Assembly (NCBI RefSeq): GCF_963506605.1
Contig: NC_083279.1
Location: 9,052,001 to 9,116,000, forward strand
Reading direction: 5' to 3'
Origin: Zootoca vivipara
Lineage: Eukaryota
DNA length: 64,000 nucleotides
Below are positions 1 to 11,765 of the stretch, piece after piece. Position 1 is the stretch's first letter. Every line of letters begins with the position of its first letter. Both the position numbers and the translations under genes were made by a program. The notes beneath the pieces were generated by a model, which was not told the DNA's origin, made no database searches, and saw only the letters and a list, made by a program, of their open reading frames with translations.

Positions 1-723
1 ATGGGGGGGGGAGAGAAGCATGTCACCATTCAGATATTCTGAGACCTAAACTTTTATCAGCCCCAACCGGCATGGACAATGGTCAGAGCTGAAGGGAGCC
101 CAACGGCACCCAGAGTTCATGGTCTGTTGTGATGCCCATCGCTGAAGAGTATTGATGTCCGAAGCAAGGGAGGTCAGTTAGTTCCCAGTACCCCAAGCAG
201 CAGGTAGGCAGGACAGTGGGGTGAGGCAAGGGTCAGCACCTTGGAGCGAGATCAAGTTGTGGATTCAGAACCATGGGTAGTGCTCCTACAGCTGCGGCCA
301 AGTTATCTCAGTGAGGTCCTGGAGCAACTGGCTGAATTGAAAAGCAGGGCTAGGTAGTCAATGTCTGAGACATCCTTTGGTGATGCCTCTTGGCCAGCTT
401 AAAAGAGTCGATGCCTTCTTCTGCAACTATTTCCTCCTTTTGAACTCAGGGGATCTCTTCTCAGGGCGCTCTCTCTTTAGTTTTCATGTTCCATAAATGC
501 ACACATCATTATTATAGGCATCTAAAGGTTTACAATCAATTACATCATGCTTAATATTTGCATTAGATTATTCCCAATGCAAAAGAAATCACTTTTCTTC
601 TTTAAAAAATCTGTCAATTGTTAGGAGCATACGATACTACCTTAGACCAGTGGTCCATCTACCTCAGTAGATGACCAGCAGTGACTCTCTAGGGTTTCAG
701 ACAACGAGTCTTTTTTAGCTCTA

Positions 724-1079
724 GGTAAAGGTAAAGGGACCCCTGACCATTAGGTCCAGTCGTGACCGACTCTGGGGTTGCGCGCTCATCTCGCATTATT
801 GGCCGAGGGAGCCGGCGTATAGCTTCCAGGTCATGTGGCCAGCATGACAAAGCCGCTTCTGGCAAACCAGAGCAGCACATGGAAATGCCGTTTACCTTCC
901 CGCTATAGCGGTTCCTATTTATCTACTTGCATTTTTTTGATGTGCTTTCGAACTGCTAGGTTGGCAGGAGCTGGGACCAAGCAACGGGAGCTCACCCCGT
1001 CACGGGGATTCGAACTGCCGACCTTTTGATCAGCAAGCCCTAGGCTCTGTGGTTTAACCCACAGCGCCACCTGCGTCCC
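724..1079 (-). mobile_element. Sauria SINE (first copy of a tandem pair)
   Basis: It has a tRNA-derived head with a B-box (GTTCGAATCCC on the minus strand) and an (ACCTTT)n tail. Confidence 0.92.
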
Positions 1080-1092
1080 TGTATACTACTGT

Positions 1093-1444
1093 AAGGTAAA
1101 GGGACCCCTGACCATTAGGTCCAGTCGTGACCGACTCTGGGGTTGCGCGCTCATCTCGCATTATTGGCCGAGGGAGCCGGCGTATAGCTTCCAGGTCATG
1201 TGGCCAGCATGACAAAGCCGCTTCTGGCAAACCAGAGCAGCACATGGAAATGCCGTTTACCTTCCCGCTATAGCGGTTCCTATTTATCTACTTGCATTTT
1301 TTTGATGTGCTTTCGAACTGCTAGGTTGGCAGGAGCTGGGACCAATCAACGGGAGCTCACCCCGTCACAGGGATTCGAACCGCCGACCTTCTGATCAGCA
1401 AGCCCTAGGCTCAGTGGTTTAGCCCACAGCGCCACCTGGGTCCC
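1093..1444 (-). mobile_element. Sauria SINE (second copy of a tandem pair)
   Basis: It is near-identical to 724-1079. The pair is flanked by the TSD ttttagctcta (713-723 and 1445-1455). Confidence 0.92.
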
Positions 1445-3102
1445 TTTTAGCTCTACCTGGACATAAAACAGGTGCTCTGCCACTGAGCTACAGCCCGTTT
1501 CCTTTACTCCCACGACCGTTTGAATCTCGTGATTTTATTCCTCATCATTATGCCCCATATCTCCGTCTCAGGTATTTCTTTGTTTCAAAGGTTTTCAGAT
1601 GATCTACATGTTTTCAGATGGTTTTTAGTCATTTTTTAAACGTTCTTTTGGAAAGTGTGAACGTCTCTTACCCAATTTAATCCTGAAACCATTTGGCACA
1701 TGAAAACATACAGATACGCACATTCTCTTTTTCGAGAGCATTGTATGCTTTGGAAAAAAAAATAGTCACAGGTCAATGTCTACACTGGCGCAGGAAACTG
1801 ATTAGGGCAGCTGCATCAAATCTGGTAAACTCCCTGCTTTATGATGTTGACTTTTGCAGGGCTCACTATGAAGCTCATGATTACACATCATAGAAAGCTC
1901 AATTGATTTGCATTCAGAGAGAACACACTGTATATGGTGGATGCTGTAAAACAACAACCAACAACTCATGAAAACGTCAAGGGCAAGGGCAAAAGCAGTA
2001 GAAAGAAACAGCTCTGGATGCAAATCACAGGGTTTTTATGAAATGAGCGTAGAGGTAAGGGATATTATCAACTGTGACACTTTCTTCCCATCCTTTTCAA
2101 TAGGGCTTAATGGAGTGGGTGGGTGGCTTCTGGGAAGAAGGCTCAGCTGTGACAGCCCAAGATTTGCCTATTCCAAACTCGCTCATCCTGGAGGGATGGA
2201 TGACCCTACTGAAACGTTGACCCAGAGGGTGCCCTCTTGATTCTAGGGTAAGTTGTGAGATCCTGCAATCACATGGCATTGCTTTCTTGACCAGAAAATA
2301 GTATCATTTCAGGCTTCTGGTATTTTAACCAGGCTAGGCCAATCCTGAAGTTTCATATACCTTGCCAAGTCACAGGAGATGTGATGATTTTGGGTCCATG
2401 AACCAGAATGGCATAAAATCTCCAGATTAGTTGAATAGTTTCTGATGGAATTCCAGGCCTTCCTCTTCTCCAGCAACTTCCTATGGCCTTCTGGCATGTC
2501 TAAAAATGCATCACCAACTCTTATGGAAATGTCTTTGAATTGTACACTATCAGAAGAGAAGATCGTCTGGCATGTCTATCTCTCTCCTGGAACCTAAGCT
2601 GTGGTCTTTTAGGCATCAGTTGAAGACCTCCGTGTTCTCCCATGTAACTACAAGCTGTTCAGCAGGTCAGTTTTCACACCAGGTTTTGTGGTGACCTTCT
2701 GCTGGATTTAGTTCTAGCTGTTTTTTTTAATGCTGATTTTAGTGATGGGCAGAGTTTCTGCCCAGCCTTCTGCTTTGCGACCCATGTTTTTATCTTAAGG
2801 GTATTTTTTTACCATGTATTTTGCAATTTATTGCCTGCGTTAAGCACCCAGAGAACTTAGTTGGGTGGACAGCAAATGGATGCGATAATTAAACGTGTGC
2901 CAAAAAGTAAACACGGCCCACCCCTAATTCTCCGCAGCAAATGCCCCTCCCCTCCCTCCATTGGCCTTGGTTTGGCAAACTGCCAATGCAACGTCAACTT
3001 AATGAGCAGGCAAACGGGTAGCAAAAGAGGAGGTGCCCGGCTTCAGGCAGAACCGTGAATGGGAGGAGGGGGCTGGATGAAGTTCGGAATCAAGGAAGGT
3101 CA

Positions 3103-3290
3103 GGGGGCTGTGGCTCAGAGGCAGAGCACTTGCTCTGCATGCCAAAAGGTCCCAGGATCAGTCCCGAGGATCTCCAGGTACATGGATCCTGCCCCAAACC
3201 CTGGAGAGCCACTGTCAGTCCATGCCACCAGTCTTGAACTAGATGGACCAATGTCCCGACTCAGTATAAAAGGCGGCTTCCTGTGTTTCT
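3103..3290 (+). mobile_element. Older tRNA-derived SINE (squamate SINE2 type; family name uncertain)
   Basis: It has a tRNA-like head (ggggctgtggctcagaggcagagcac) and a tail gactcagtataaaaggcggcttcctgtg. Related degenerate copies occur at ~8960-9110 and ~41930-42105, and split around 640-1497. Confidence 0.6.
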
Positions 3291-3785
3291 TCCTCTCTGG
3301 AAAGAGAGTGTCATTTGGGCTCCACTTCAGGCGGCAAAATGTCTGAGGTCAGCAGTTGGGTAATGTGCAGCTCTGCCCTGATAAGAGGATAGGTGGAGAT
3401 ACGGGAGGCTTATTATATTTGTGCCAACGCATGCTCTTGTGGCAACAGCTAAGCTTTCGCTGGTGAAAGCAATAAAGGTTACAAGGGGAAATGCGTTATG
3501 CTGATAAAAGACCAAGCAGATGACAAGTCACAAAAGCCCCCTCAGGGCAGATAACCTTGAGACGCACCTGTACATAAAGATTAAACAGCAACCTGTGTGT
3601 GGAGATTTATAGCGCTTATCGAGGGCCCTGGTTTCACTATTTACATTTGCAAAACTCAACTTTATTATTGGTTTCTCTCTGTTAATATTTTGTATGGAAA
3701 CCAGCGTGTGCAATAAAAAAAAAAGTCATCTCAGAAACGAAGTTTTATTTATTCAAGTTTTACAAAGGCATTTTATGGAATGGTG

Positions 3786-3788
<3 letters not shown>

Positions 3789-3834
<46 letters not shown>
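3789..3834. repeat. (CT)n(GT)n compound microsatellite
   Basis: Directly visible in the sequence. Confidence 0.95.
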
Positions 3835-3835
<1 letters not shown>

Positions 3836-3989
3836 CCACAGAGGCACACAAATATACACTAGGCCAGTTTGTGGTTCATCAGAAGCAGAGTACATCCGCC
3901 TCATTTGGTGCCTGCTTGAAACTGTAGTGAAATATTCCTGCACTTGGCAGGCCAGAGGAAGGGTGTGTTCAGCATGTCAGGTTCTCTCT

Positions 3990-4960
3990 CTCACTTTTAT
4001 TATTATTATTAATAATATAAAACCCAAAATACAGACAAATATACAAGAAAGCATAATCAAAACAACAACAAAACATACGTTCAGCACAGAGGTAATATTT
4101 CCCATAATAAATAAAGAGCTGTTAATGAGGAAAAATAAAAGCAGCAAAACGTATCATGAACGCTAAATTTCAAAATTTGGTAGGGAAAGCGTTTGGCAAT
4201 ATCTGAATTTGACATGTAAAAAACAAAATGCAATCAAACAGCATAGATCTTCTGGGACTTCCTTACACTTAAAAGGTACCCCTGACTGGTCCGGTTACAG
4301 ACGACTCTGGGGTTGCGTGCTCATCTCACTCTATAGGCCAAGGGAGCCAGCGTTTGTCTGCAGACAGCTTCCGGTTCATGTGGCCAGCATGACTAAGCCG
4401 CTTCTGGCGAACCAGAGCAGCACACGGAAACACTGTTTACCTTCCCGCCGGAGCAGTACCTATTTATCTACTTGCACTTGGATGTGCTTTCGAACTGCTA
4501 GGTTGGCAGGAGCTGGGACTGAGCAACAGGAGCTCACCCTGTCGCAGGGATTCGAACCGCCAACCTTCCGATCGGCAAGCCCTAGGCTCATTGTTTTAGA
4601 CCACAGTGCCAGACATGCAATCCGTGAGTTAATTTTTTTGTAACAGCCAGAGTCCACATATTCTTATAGCAAAATGGGAGGTTTAAGACCTCTATTATTT
4701 TCCATTTGGGGGCCGAAAAAGGTCTTGCTGCAGCATCCATATTCATATTAGAAGTTCTTTAGATTGTAAAAATGCTGTTTGGTTATCTCACAAGTTCAAA
4801 AGAGCACGTTGTGGGGAGGTGTTTAAATCCTTAAAATATTTATTCAAAAACATCACTTCAAAATTTGGATGCCAGAGGGCATTCCCACTGTAAGTGGGAA
4901 GATGTTCCCTTGCTACCACAGCCATGCCAATCATCCTGTGGGGTATTTGTTGGCATGAGA
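3990..4960 (-). mobile_element. Degraded L1-clade LINE 3' fragment, interrupted by a Sauria SINE
   Basis: The minus strand carries WECP..SKF and AAAR....KWK-like motifs typical of the L1 ORF2 C-terminus, with an A-rich 3' end near 3990. Confidence 0.5.
4271..4612 (-). mobile_element. Sauria SINE
   Basis: It is homologous to the other copies in the window. Confidence 0.9.
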
Positions 4961-5116
4961 GAAAACTGCACGCTAGTGTGGTGTGGTGTCACCTATGCAG
5001 AATTTCCCTGAGCTGAGGTTAATTTATAGAGCTCAGGTGCCCATCTTGCATTTCACATGGAATCATCGAGTTCCAACTGTAGTTTCTTCTCCCAGGTAAG
5101 TTCAAGCCCCCCTCTT

Positions 5117-5560
5117 TTTTGTAATTATTTTTTATTAAAGATTTTCTTGGGTTACAAAAGTAGTGCAATGTCTCAGTTCCCCCCCTCCCATGTAACATTT
5201 TTACACATCAATTTTACTTGTTGAGACATTATGAGGAAGGGGGGAAAGAGGTGGGTGGGATGGGGAGTTGGGTGTGATGGATTGCCGATGTTTCTGTTGT
5301 TCTTGATATGTGTAGGGGTTCGGCGTCAGCGTCGTTTGTTCAGGTTCTCTGTTGTTTGTTCGTGCTTCTTTGTTGGTGAGAGAGGTCGGAATTTGTCTTA
5401 GGATGTGATTGTTCATTTGTGGTTGGCTGTGGTGATCCTTAGTTTCTTGTGTGAGTGGGGAGGGAGGGTGTTTTGATTAGGTTAGCCATATTGATTTGTA
5501 TGCTGACGGTAAGTTTTTGTCATTGTCTTGTTGGGCTGTATAAGTGATGAAGGGGGTGAC
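5117..5560 (-). mobile_element. A-tailed LINE 3' end (probably L1 clade)
   Basis: The minus strand ends in aataaaaaataattacaaaaaa, and the composition is strongly strand-biased. Confidence 0.4.
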
Positions 5561-5721
5561 CCAGATTTAATCAAATTCCTTCAAATTTAGTAAGGGGCCC
5601 AATGACTTGTGCCTTAAGGATCGGCCAATAAATGTTGGAACTGACAAATACGCAACCAATTAACCCCTGGGTCTCCTATAGCTGGCCTGATTCGTTGAAT
5701 AGAAAAAAGGAAGGAAGGAAT

Positions 5722-5723
<2 letters not shown>

Positions 5724-5769
<46 letters not shown>

Positions 5770-5786
5770 AGAGGGAGGGAGGGAGG
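5724..5786. repeat. (GA)n/(GGGA)n microsatellite
   Basis: Directly visible in the sequence. Confidence 0.95.
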
Positions 5787-7203
5787 TATTTAAGCGTTCA
5801 TGCTAAGGATGCAAGCCCACCCTCTGTTAAGGAATGAAATCAATGACTCAAATTGTGCACCTTTGGCAATACGCAACACCAGTCTCAATGTTGCACCAGA
5901 TCAGGTTTGGTGTTCCTACACACAGTGTGCATGGAAGGCATTTGAGCCACATACGATGGTACATCTGAGCCTGTGGCAGCATCCACAACAGTACAGTAGA
6001 ATACCAGACTGTGCAGTTCAGTAAAGAAGGGCCTGCAGTCCACAGCGAGGGATTCAGCTACTGTACACAGAAAATAGGAGATAGGAGACAGAGGCAAGAA
6101 GGTGCTAAGCGTGCCACTGAGCCAAGATGTGACTCCAGGATTTAACCCAGAGGTTGATGGAGCAGATAAAGTTCTGGGGCAGGGTTAGGGTTTTCCTAAC
6201 TTTCTGGGTGAGCTTGCAGCTTTTTGGGGGGGCTAAATTCAGCCACAGGCTCCCAGTTGCCAGTTGCTACTCCAGGGATAGTTGAGCTCTGTTCCTGCTC
6301 CATTTAACTTACAAAACCAAACAAAAAGCAACACAACTCTGGCATGCTCATTGCCCTGGACTCTTCACGCTGGATACGGAATCAGAACAGCACGAAGGAA
6401 AAGACAATTTCACCATTGTTTAATCAAATGGAAGACTTAACTTTCCAGACACAAGCAACATGTCCAGTGGGTGTCTTGTGTGGGTGTTCATTGGAGAGCT
6501 CAGACTTAGTGGGAGGAGATGCCGTTTGGGCTTACAGTACTGTTGGGAAAACAGAAATATTAACTCCAGACAACAGCCTGAAATGGAACAATTAACTTAT
6601 TGTCAAGAAGGCAATAAAGCATCCTCGATATAAGGGAGCTGTGGGACCGTATCACTTTCGAATATATTAGCAATCTAGCCAGGAAGAATCCCATTACAAT
6701 CTGCATATGGCTTAGCTTGACGGATCTTTTGATAAACCCCAAAAGCTTTGCAGCTCAAAAGCTCTGGTTTTTGTTAGAGAAATAATTATCCCAATTAAAA
6801 GTAACAGATGGCGAGGGAAGAGGAGAAGGAAACCACACGGACAAATGGAGTTTGCCTGTGACAACGCAACACTGGTCAATGCTCACCGTTTTGGTTTCCT
6901 TGACAATGTCACCCTTAAGAGTAGGGTTGGCTTTTTCACACACATCCTGCTGCCTGGGTGGTATTTTCTTGGGCTGGTCTTAATACACTGCAAAGGACAA
7001 CTTAAACCACGTGTTTATTCATTTGCATATATAAATGAGCAAATACCCGTTTTTCTCAGCAAGAGAGAGGTTGGGCATAGGAAGGGCTTGTTCCGACATG
7101 TAGACGCATCACTGCATTTCTCATCAAATTACTACTCAGTGCTTGATGACTAGCAGTTGAGTACCTGAACTTGCTCCTTTGATGGTGACACCAGGGAAGA
7201 AAG

Positions 7204-7618
7204 ACTGGTTTTCCCAGTAGTGATGTATGGAAGTGAGAGCTGGACCATAAAGAAGGCTGATCGCCGAAGAATTGATGCTTTTGAATTATGGTGCTGGAGG
7301 AGACTCTTGACTGCAAGATCAAACCTATCCATTCTGAAGGAAATCAGCCCTGAGTGCTCACTGGAAGGACAGATCCTGAAGCCGAGGCTCCAATACTTTG
7401 GCCACCTCATGAGAAGAGAAGACTCCCTGGAAAAGACCCTGATGTTGGGAAAGATTGAGGGCACTAGGAGAAGGGGACAACAGAGGACTAGATGGTTGGA
7501 CAGTGTTCTCAAAGCTACAAACATGAGTTTGACCAAACTGCGGGAGGCAGTGCAAGACAGGAGTGCCTGGCGTGCTATGGTCCATGGGGTCACAAAGAGT
7601 CGGACACAACTAAACAAC
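7204..7618 (+). mobile_element. BovB (RTE clade) LINE, 5'-truncated
   Basis: The ORF MYGSESWTIKKADRRRIDAFELWCWRR...LEKTLMLGKIEG matches BovB, and the element ends in a (CAA)n-like tail. It is flanked by a 41-bp direct repeat. Confidence 0.92.
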
Positions 7619-9250
7619 ACCTGAACTTGCTCCTTTGATGGTGACACCAGGGAAGAAAGTTGACACCAGGCATATATGGGAGACAATGTTTTGCGCTTCA
7701 CACATTAGAACAGAAGAGCTCTGCTGGATCAGACTAAAGACTTAGGACCAGCATCCTGTAAACCCACAGTGGGCAAGCGCATGCCAATGGGAAGAACATG
7801 CAGTCATGCGCTTTCTACATGTGCATGAAATACCTCTCCCATTGCCTTTGCCAAGACATTGCTCCATGAACTACATCCCTTGTATACTGTCACTTTTTTT
7901 AAAAAAAAACACACACACACCTGGTTGATTAAGCTCTGGTTTCGAATCACACTCACCTACGCAAATCAAAGCTCTGCTACGCATCTGTTAAATGGCACAG
8001 AGAATGGCTTGAGGGCACATGACACAGTTCTACTGCTGTAGCAAAGCAGTCTTCAGACTGGTCCTGTACTCTGTCTGGATAGGAGACACCTGAGGCCATA
8101 TATAAGCTGCTCTGAATTCCTTGGAAGAAATGTGGAAAGGAAGGGCTGCCTCATCCATTGAGAGCCATCGCATGACCAAGTGATGATTTGCCGTACTTGT
8201 GTGAAACAGGCATAATAGATTAAACCCACAGAGAGCCCATTCTGGCGGCATGGCACTTTTATTCTGCCCTTCAGGTATTTGCCACCCAAGGTGGTTTGCA
8301 GGATGCAGCTTACACACTGGGCTGCAAATTATCAGCAATAAGCCACTGAGTTAGGCACATGCATTAAAATTGCTCTCATAATCACTCTGATAAAGACGAC
8401 AACAGGGAGATTAAACAGGATCACGGGCTCGCCCATCTCGGGCATACAGCCATGTATGCAGGCAGCTTTGAAAAATCTGGTTGGCGTTCACCTTTCAATA
8501 AGAAATTTGCTTTGCTACACACGTAATTTGCATACATTTTGTTGAACGGGACTTATGTACCACGTAATGATCAGAACCTCTAAGTGCCTCCATAAAACAA
8601 CACAAAACCTTCACTTAAAAATACCAATATTATCAGACTTTAAAAACAAGTTGATCTAAGGTTTCTAAAAATATAAGTAAAATCACCAGGGCTTCTTTAA
8701 TAATAATAATAATAATAATTAATAATTAATAATTGCATGTTAAAATAAAATGTCTAGGCTTGCCTAAACAAAAATGTTTTTAACCAGGTACTAAAACCAA
8801 TACAGTAAAGGCACCTGCTTAATGTTTTTCTTTTGTTTGAAATCCTTACCTCTGATCCTTGCAGAAGGAAATCTTGGAACAGTGGATGTGCTCTCATCAT
8901 TTCTGTATATACCCCAGCATGCCTTGGGGTATTTCCAGCTTCCTGTGCAGATTCAGGAACACAGTCAGACCACCGGCCCATCTAGCTCAACCACCACTCC
9001 CAGGGACTTAGGCGGGACTCCCTCCCAGCCCTCCCTAGAGATACCGGGGATCGAACATGGGGCCTTCTACATTCAAACCAGATGCTGTACCAGAGCTGGG
9101 ACCCTTCCCTAAGCTAGATTAAGAGTGTGCCTCTTTCATAAGGTGAAAGTGCAATGCAAAGAGAGAAGACTCCTTGACCATGTGCTTTTTCTTCCCATCC
9201 CATTGCTGTTCCTTCTTCTCAGATACTAGATCATCAACTCTGCTTATAGT

Positions 9251-9340
9251 CATAGCTGCCAAGTTTTCCCTTTTCTCGTGAGGAAGCCTATTCAGCATAA
9301 GGGAATTTCCCTTAAAAAAGGGGATAACTTGGCAGCTATG
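9251..9340. mobile_element. 90-bp hAT-type MITE
   Basis: TIRs are catagctgccaagtt / aacttggcagctatg, with an 8-bp TSD cttatagt. Confidence 0.9.
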
Positions 9341-10109
9341 CTTATAGTGCAGAGTTGCACCATGTGCATTGATGATGTTATAAGGTATAAACCTGGAATT
9401 GCAAAATTCATTATAGATGGACAATAGCTGGGTATATTCACCGAAGAGAGAGAACGAAGAGCGGGAAAACCACCACTGTCACCCTAAAGTGTGGAGTTTT
9501 TCTACTGCTAGGTGGTTCATTCAAATCTTGTGTAGTTTACCTGCAAAACAGTAACGCCAGTGGAATTTATCAGAATCCAGGGGAAATAAGCAAGGCATTG
9601 AGGAATGCCCCTGCACTTACATGACTCCTTACCTAAACAGCCGAAAGTTGCCGGAGGCTCTATAAGGGTCTAGCGGTCAGTGGTGATGAGACAGGCGCCA
9701 GGCTGAGCGGCCGAGTGTCAGCTGGGAAGCGTTGGATCAGATAAGTGTGATCCATCTTCTGAACAGTGTGGCGACGTTTTCCAGAAAGAAGGCACCACGA
9801 AGACTGCAGTTGCAGAGGAGAAAGCTGTCGTTTCATGTGCAGGTCTTTCCCATTCTGCCCTTGTACATCTGATGAATAGAGCTGCGTAGAATATCCTTGG
9901 AAATGGTCTCCCTCGGCAACCTCCCCCTCCCCCAGTATCTTCTCCATCTTTCAATCTCCAGTGAGCTTCTTGGGGTGGAAGGTATTCACCAACATCCATT
10001 CCGGAAGATGCAAAGAGCAAGTCCACACATAAACTATGGCTTGGCATTAACAAGCTTCAGCTGGTGGTCCTGCTAAATCTCTATCTGGACAGGATGACCT
10101 GCCTTCTGT

Positions 10110-10930
10110 CTACGCTCTGGCAACCCCTAGGTTAGATTACTGCAATGTAATATACGTGGGACTGCCTTTGGAGATGGCTTGGAAACTGTAGCTAGCACAG
10201 AATTTGGTGGTCAGGTTGCTCACTGGGGAAAGACGGTTTGGGTTGTTGTTGTTTAGTCGTTTAGTCATGTCCGACTCTTCGTGACCCCATGGACCAGAGC
10301 ACGCCAGGCACTCCTGTCTTCCAGTGCCTCCCACAGTTTGGTCAAACTCATGTTCGTAGCTTCGAGAACACTGTCCAACCATCTCATCCTCTGTCGTCCC
10401 CTTCTCCTTGTGCCCTCAATCTTTCCCAACATCAGGGTCTTTTCCAGGGAGTCTTCTCTTCTCATGAGGTGGCCAAAGTATTGGAGCCTCAGCTTCACGA
10501 TCTGTCCTTCCAGTGAGCACTCAGGGCTGATTTCCTTAAGAATGGATAGGTTTGATCTACGGTTTGGGTACATAACACCAATCCTGGCCCAACTGTACTG
10601 GCTACCAATTTGTTTCCACAGCCAATTCAAAGTGCTGGTTTTGATCTATGAAGCCTTATGTGGCTTAGGAACCCAATACCTCAAGAACTGCCTCTCCCCA
10701 ACCTGAACCGATATCATCCTCCGAGTCCCTCCTTTGTGTGCTTCCTCCATCAGAGGTCCACAGGGTGGCCTTTTCAGTGGTGGGTCCCTACTTGTAGAAT
10801 GCTTTCCCCAGGAAGGCCCCCCTGGCACCATCATTACATATATTTAGGTGCCAGGCTAAAACATTTCTCTTCTGGCACGTCTTTGGTTTTAAATTATCTG
10901 TTGCCTTTTTTGGTGGGTGGGATGTTTTAA
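10110..10930 (+). mobile_element. Degraded L2-clade LINE 3' fragment (hosts a BovB insertion)
   Basis: It carries RLDYCNVIYVGLP...ITPILAQLYWLPICFHSQFKVLVL motifs. Confidence 0.75.
10244..10558 (-). mobile_element. BovB LINE 3' fragment
   Basis: It has the BovB ORF C-terminus and a (CAA)n tail, with an 11-bp TSD acggtttgggt (10233-10243 and 10559-10569). Confidence 0.92.
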
Positions 10931-11205
10931 CTCTGCCTTTTAAAAACAAGAATGTGTTTTAGATGTTCTCTCTGTTTTGTTTTATGCTGGCTTTAATGTA
11001 AATGTTGTTGTGGTTATTGCTGGTTTGTGTCTGTGGAGTCTTTTTCAGGCACAACATTGGAACCAGGTCTGTCTATGTGTTTGAGATGCCCACCAGCAGA
11101 TTGCTCTCTGTGGGGCTGCTTCCTACATCTCTGGGTCTCACGTTACAGACATAGCTGTTGGGCAGCTACAAGCCAGCGTTTATATTTCCCACAATGCCCC
11201 TGATG

Positions 11206-11295
11206 CATAGCTGCCAAGTTTTCGCTTTTCTCGCGAGGAAGCCTATTCAGCATAAGGGAAAATCCCTGTAAAAAAGGGATAACTTGGCAGCTATG
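11206..11295. mobile_element. 90-bp hAT-type MITE
   Basis: Same family as 9251-9340, with TSD ccctgatg. Confidence 0.9.
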
Positions 11296-11759
11296 CCCTG
11301 ATGTGATGTTGCTCTGTGTCACTGTGCAAGGACTAAATGGCCGGCCACAGTGCAGGTTTCCAGTTAACTTTTCAACAGCGTTTCGGAGCAATGTTACAAC
11401 AGGGGGATTGCAAGAATTCAAATGGTAGTTCAAAGACTCAGCCACTTGGAGGAGCGGGCTCAGAGCACCAGGGTATCAGAGTCAAAGCAGTAGATTTTGG
11501 GCCTAATGGAAACCTTCTCCCTTTTGTATCTACTCTCAGTGCGTAACATTGATGTACAATCTCCACAACCACCAAGATCCCAAACCACACACACTTGTTT
11601 CTTCAAAGAAGAAAATCTTTAAAAAAACAAAACAAAAGAACTCCACCCTCTTTGTGTGAAAGGTTTTGTAACAAAAACTTCCATACCGAGTAATTCCAGA
11701 GCAATCCAGAATAATAATAATAAGGGGTTGGGGTGGGGGGGTTGTTCCATACAAAATGC

Positions 11760-11765
11760 TTTATT
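11760..11765 (-). promoter_or_regulatory. Candidate distal polyadenylation signal (AATAAA) of KLF12
   Basis: Plus-strand TTTATT lies at the boundary of the repeat-poor block, with U/GU-rich sequence further downstream on the minus strand. Confidence 0.5.
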
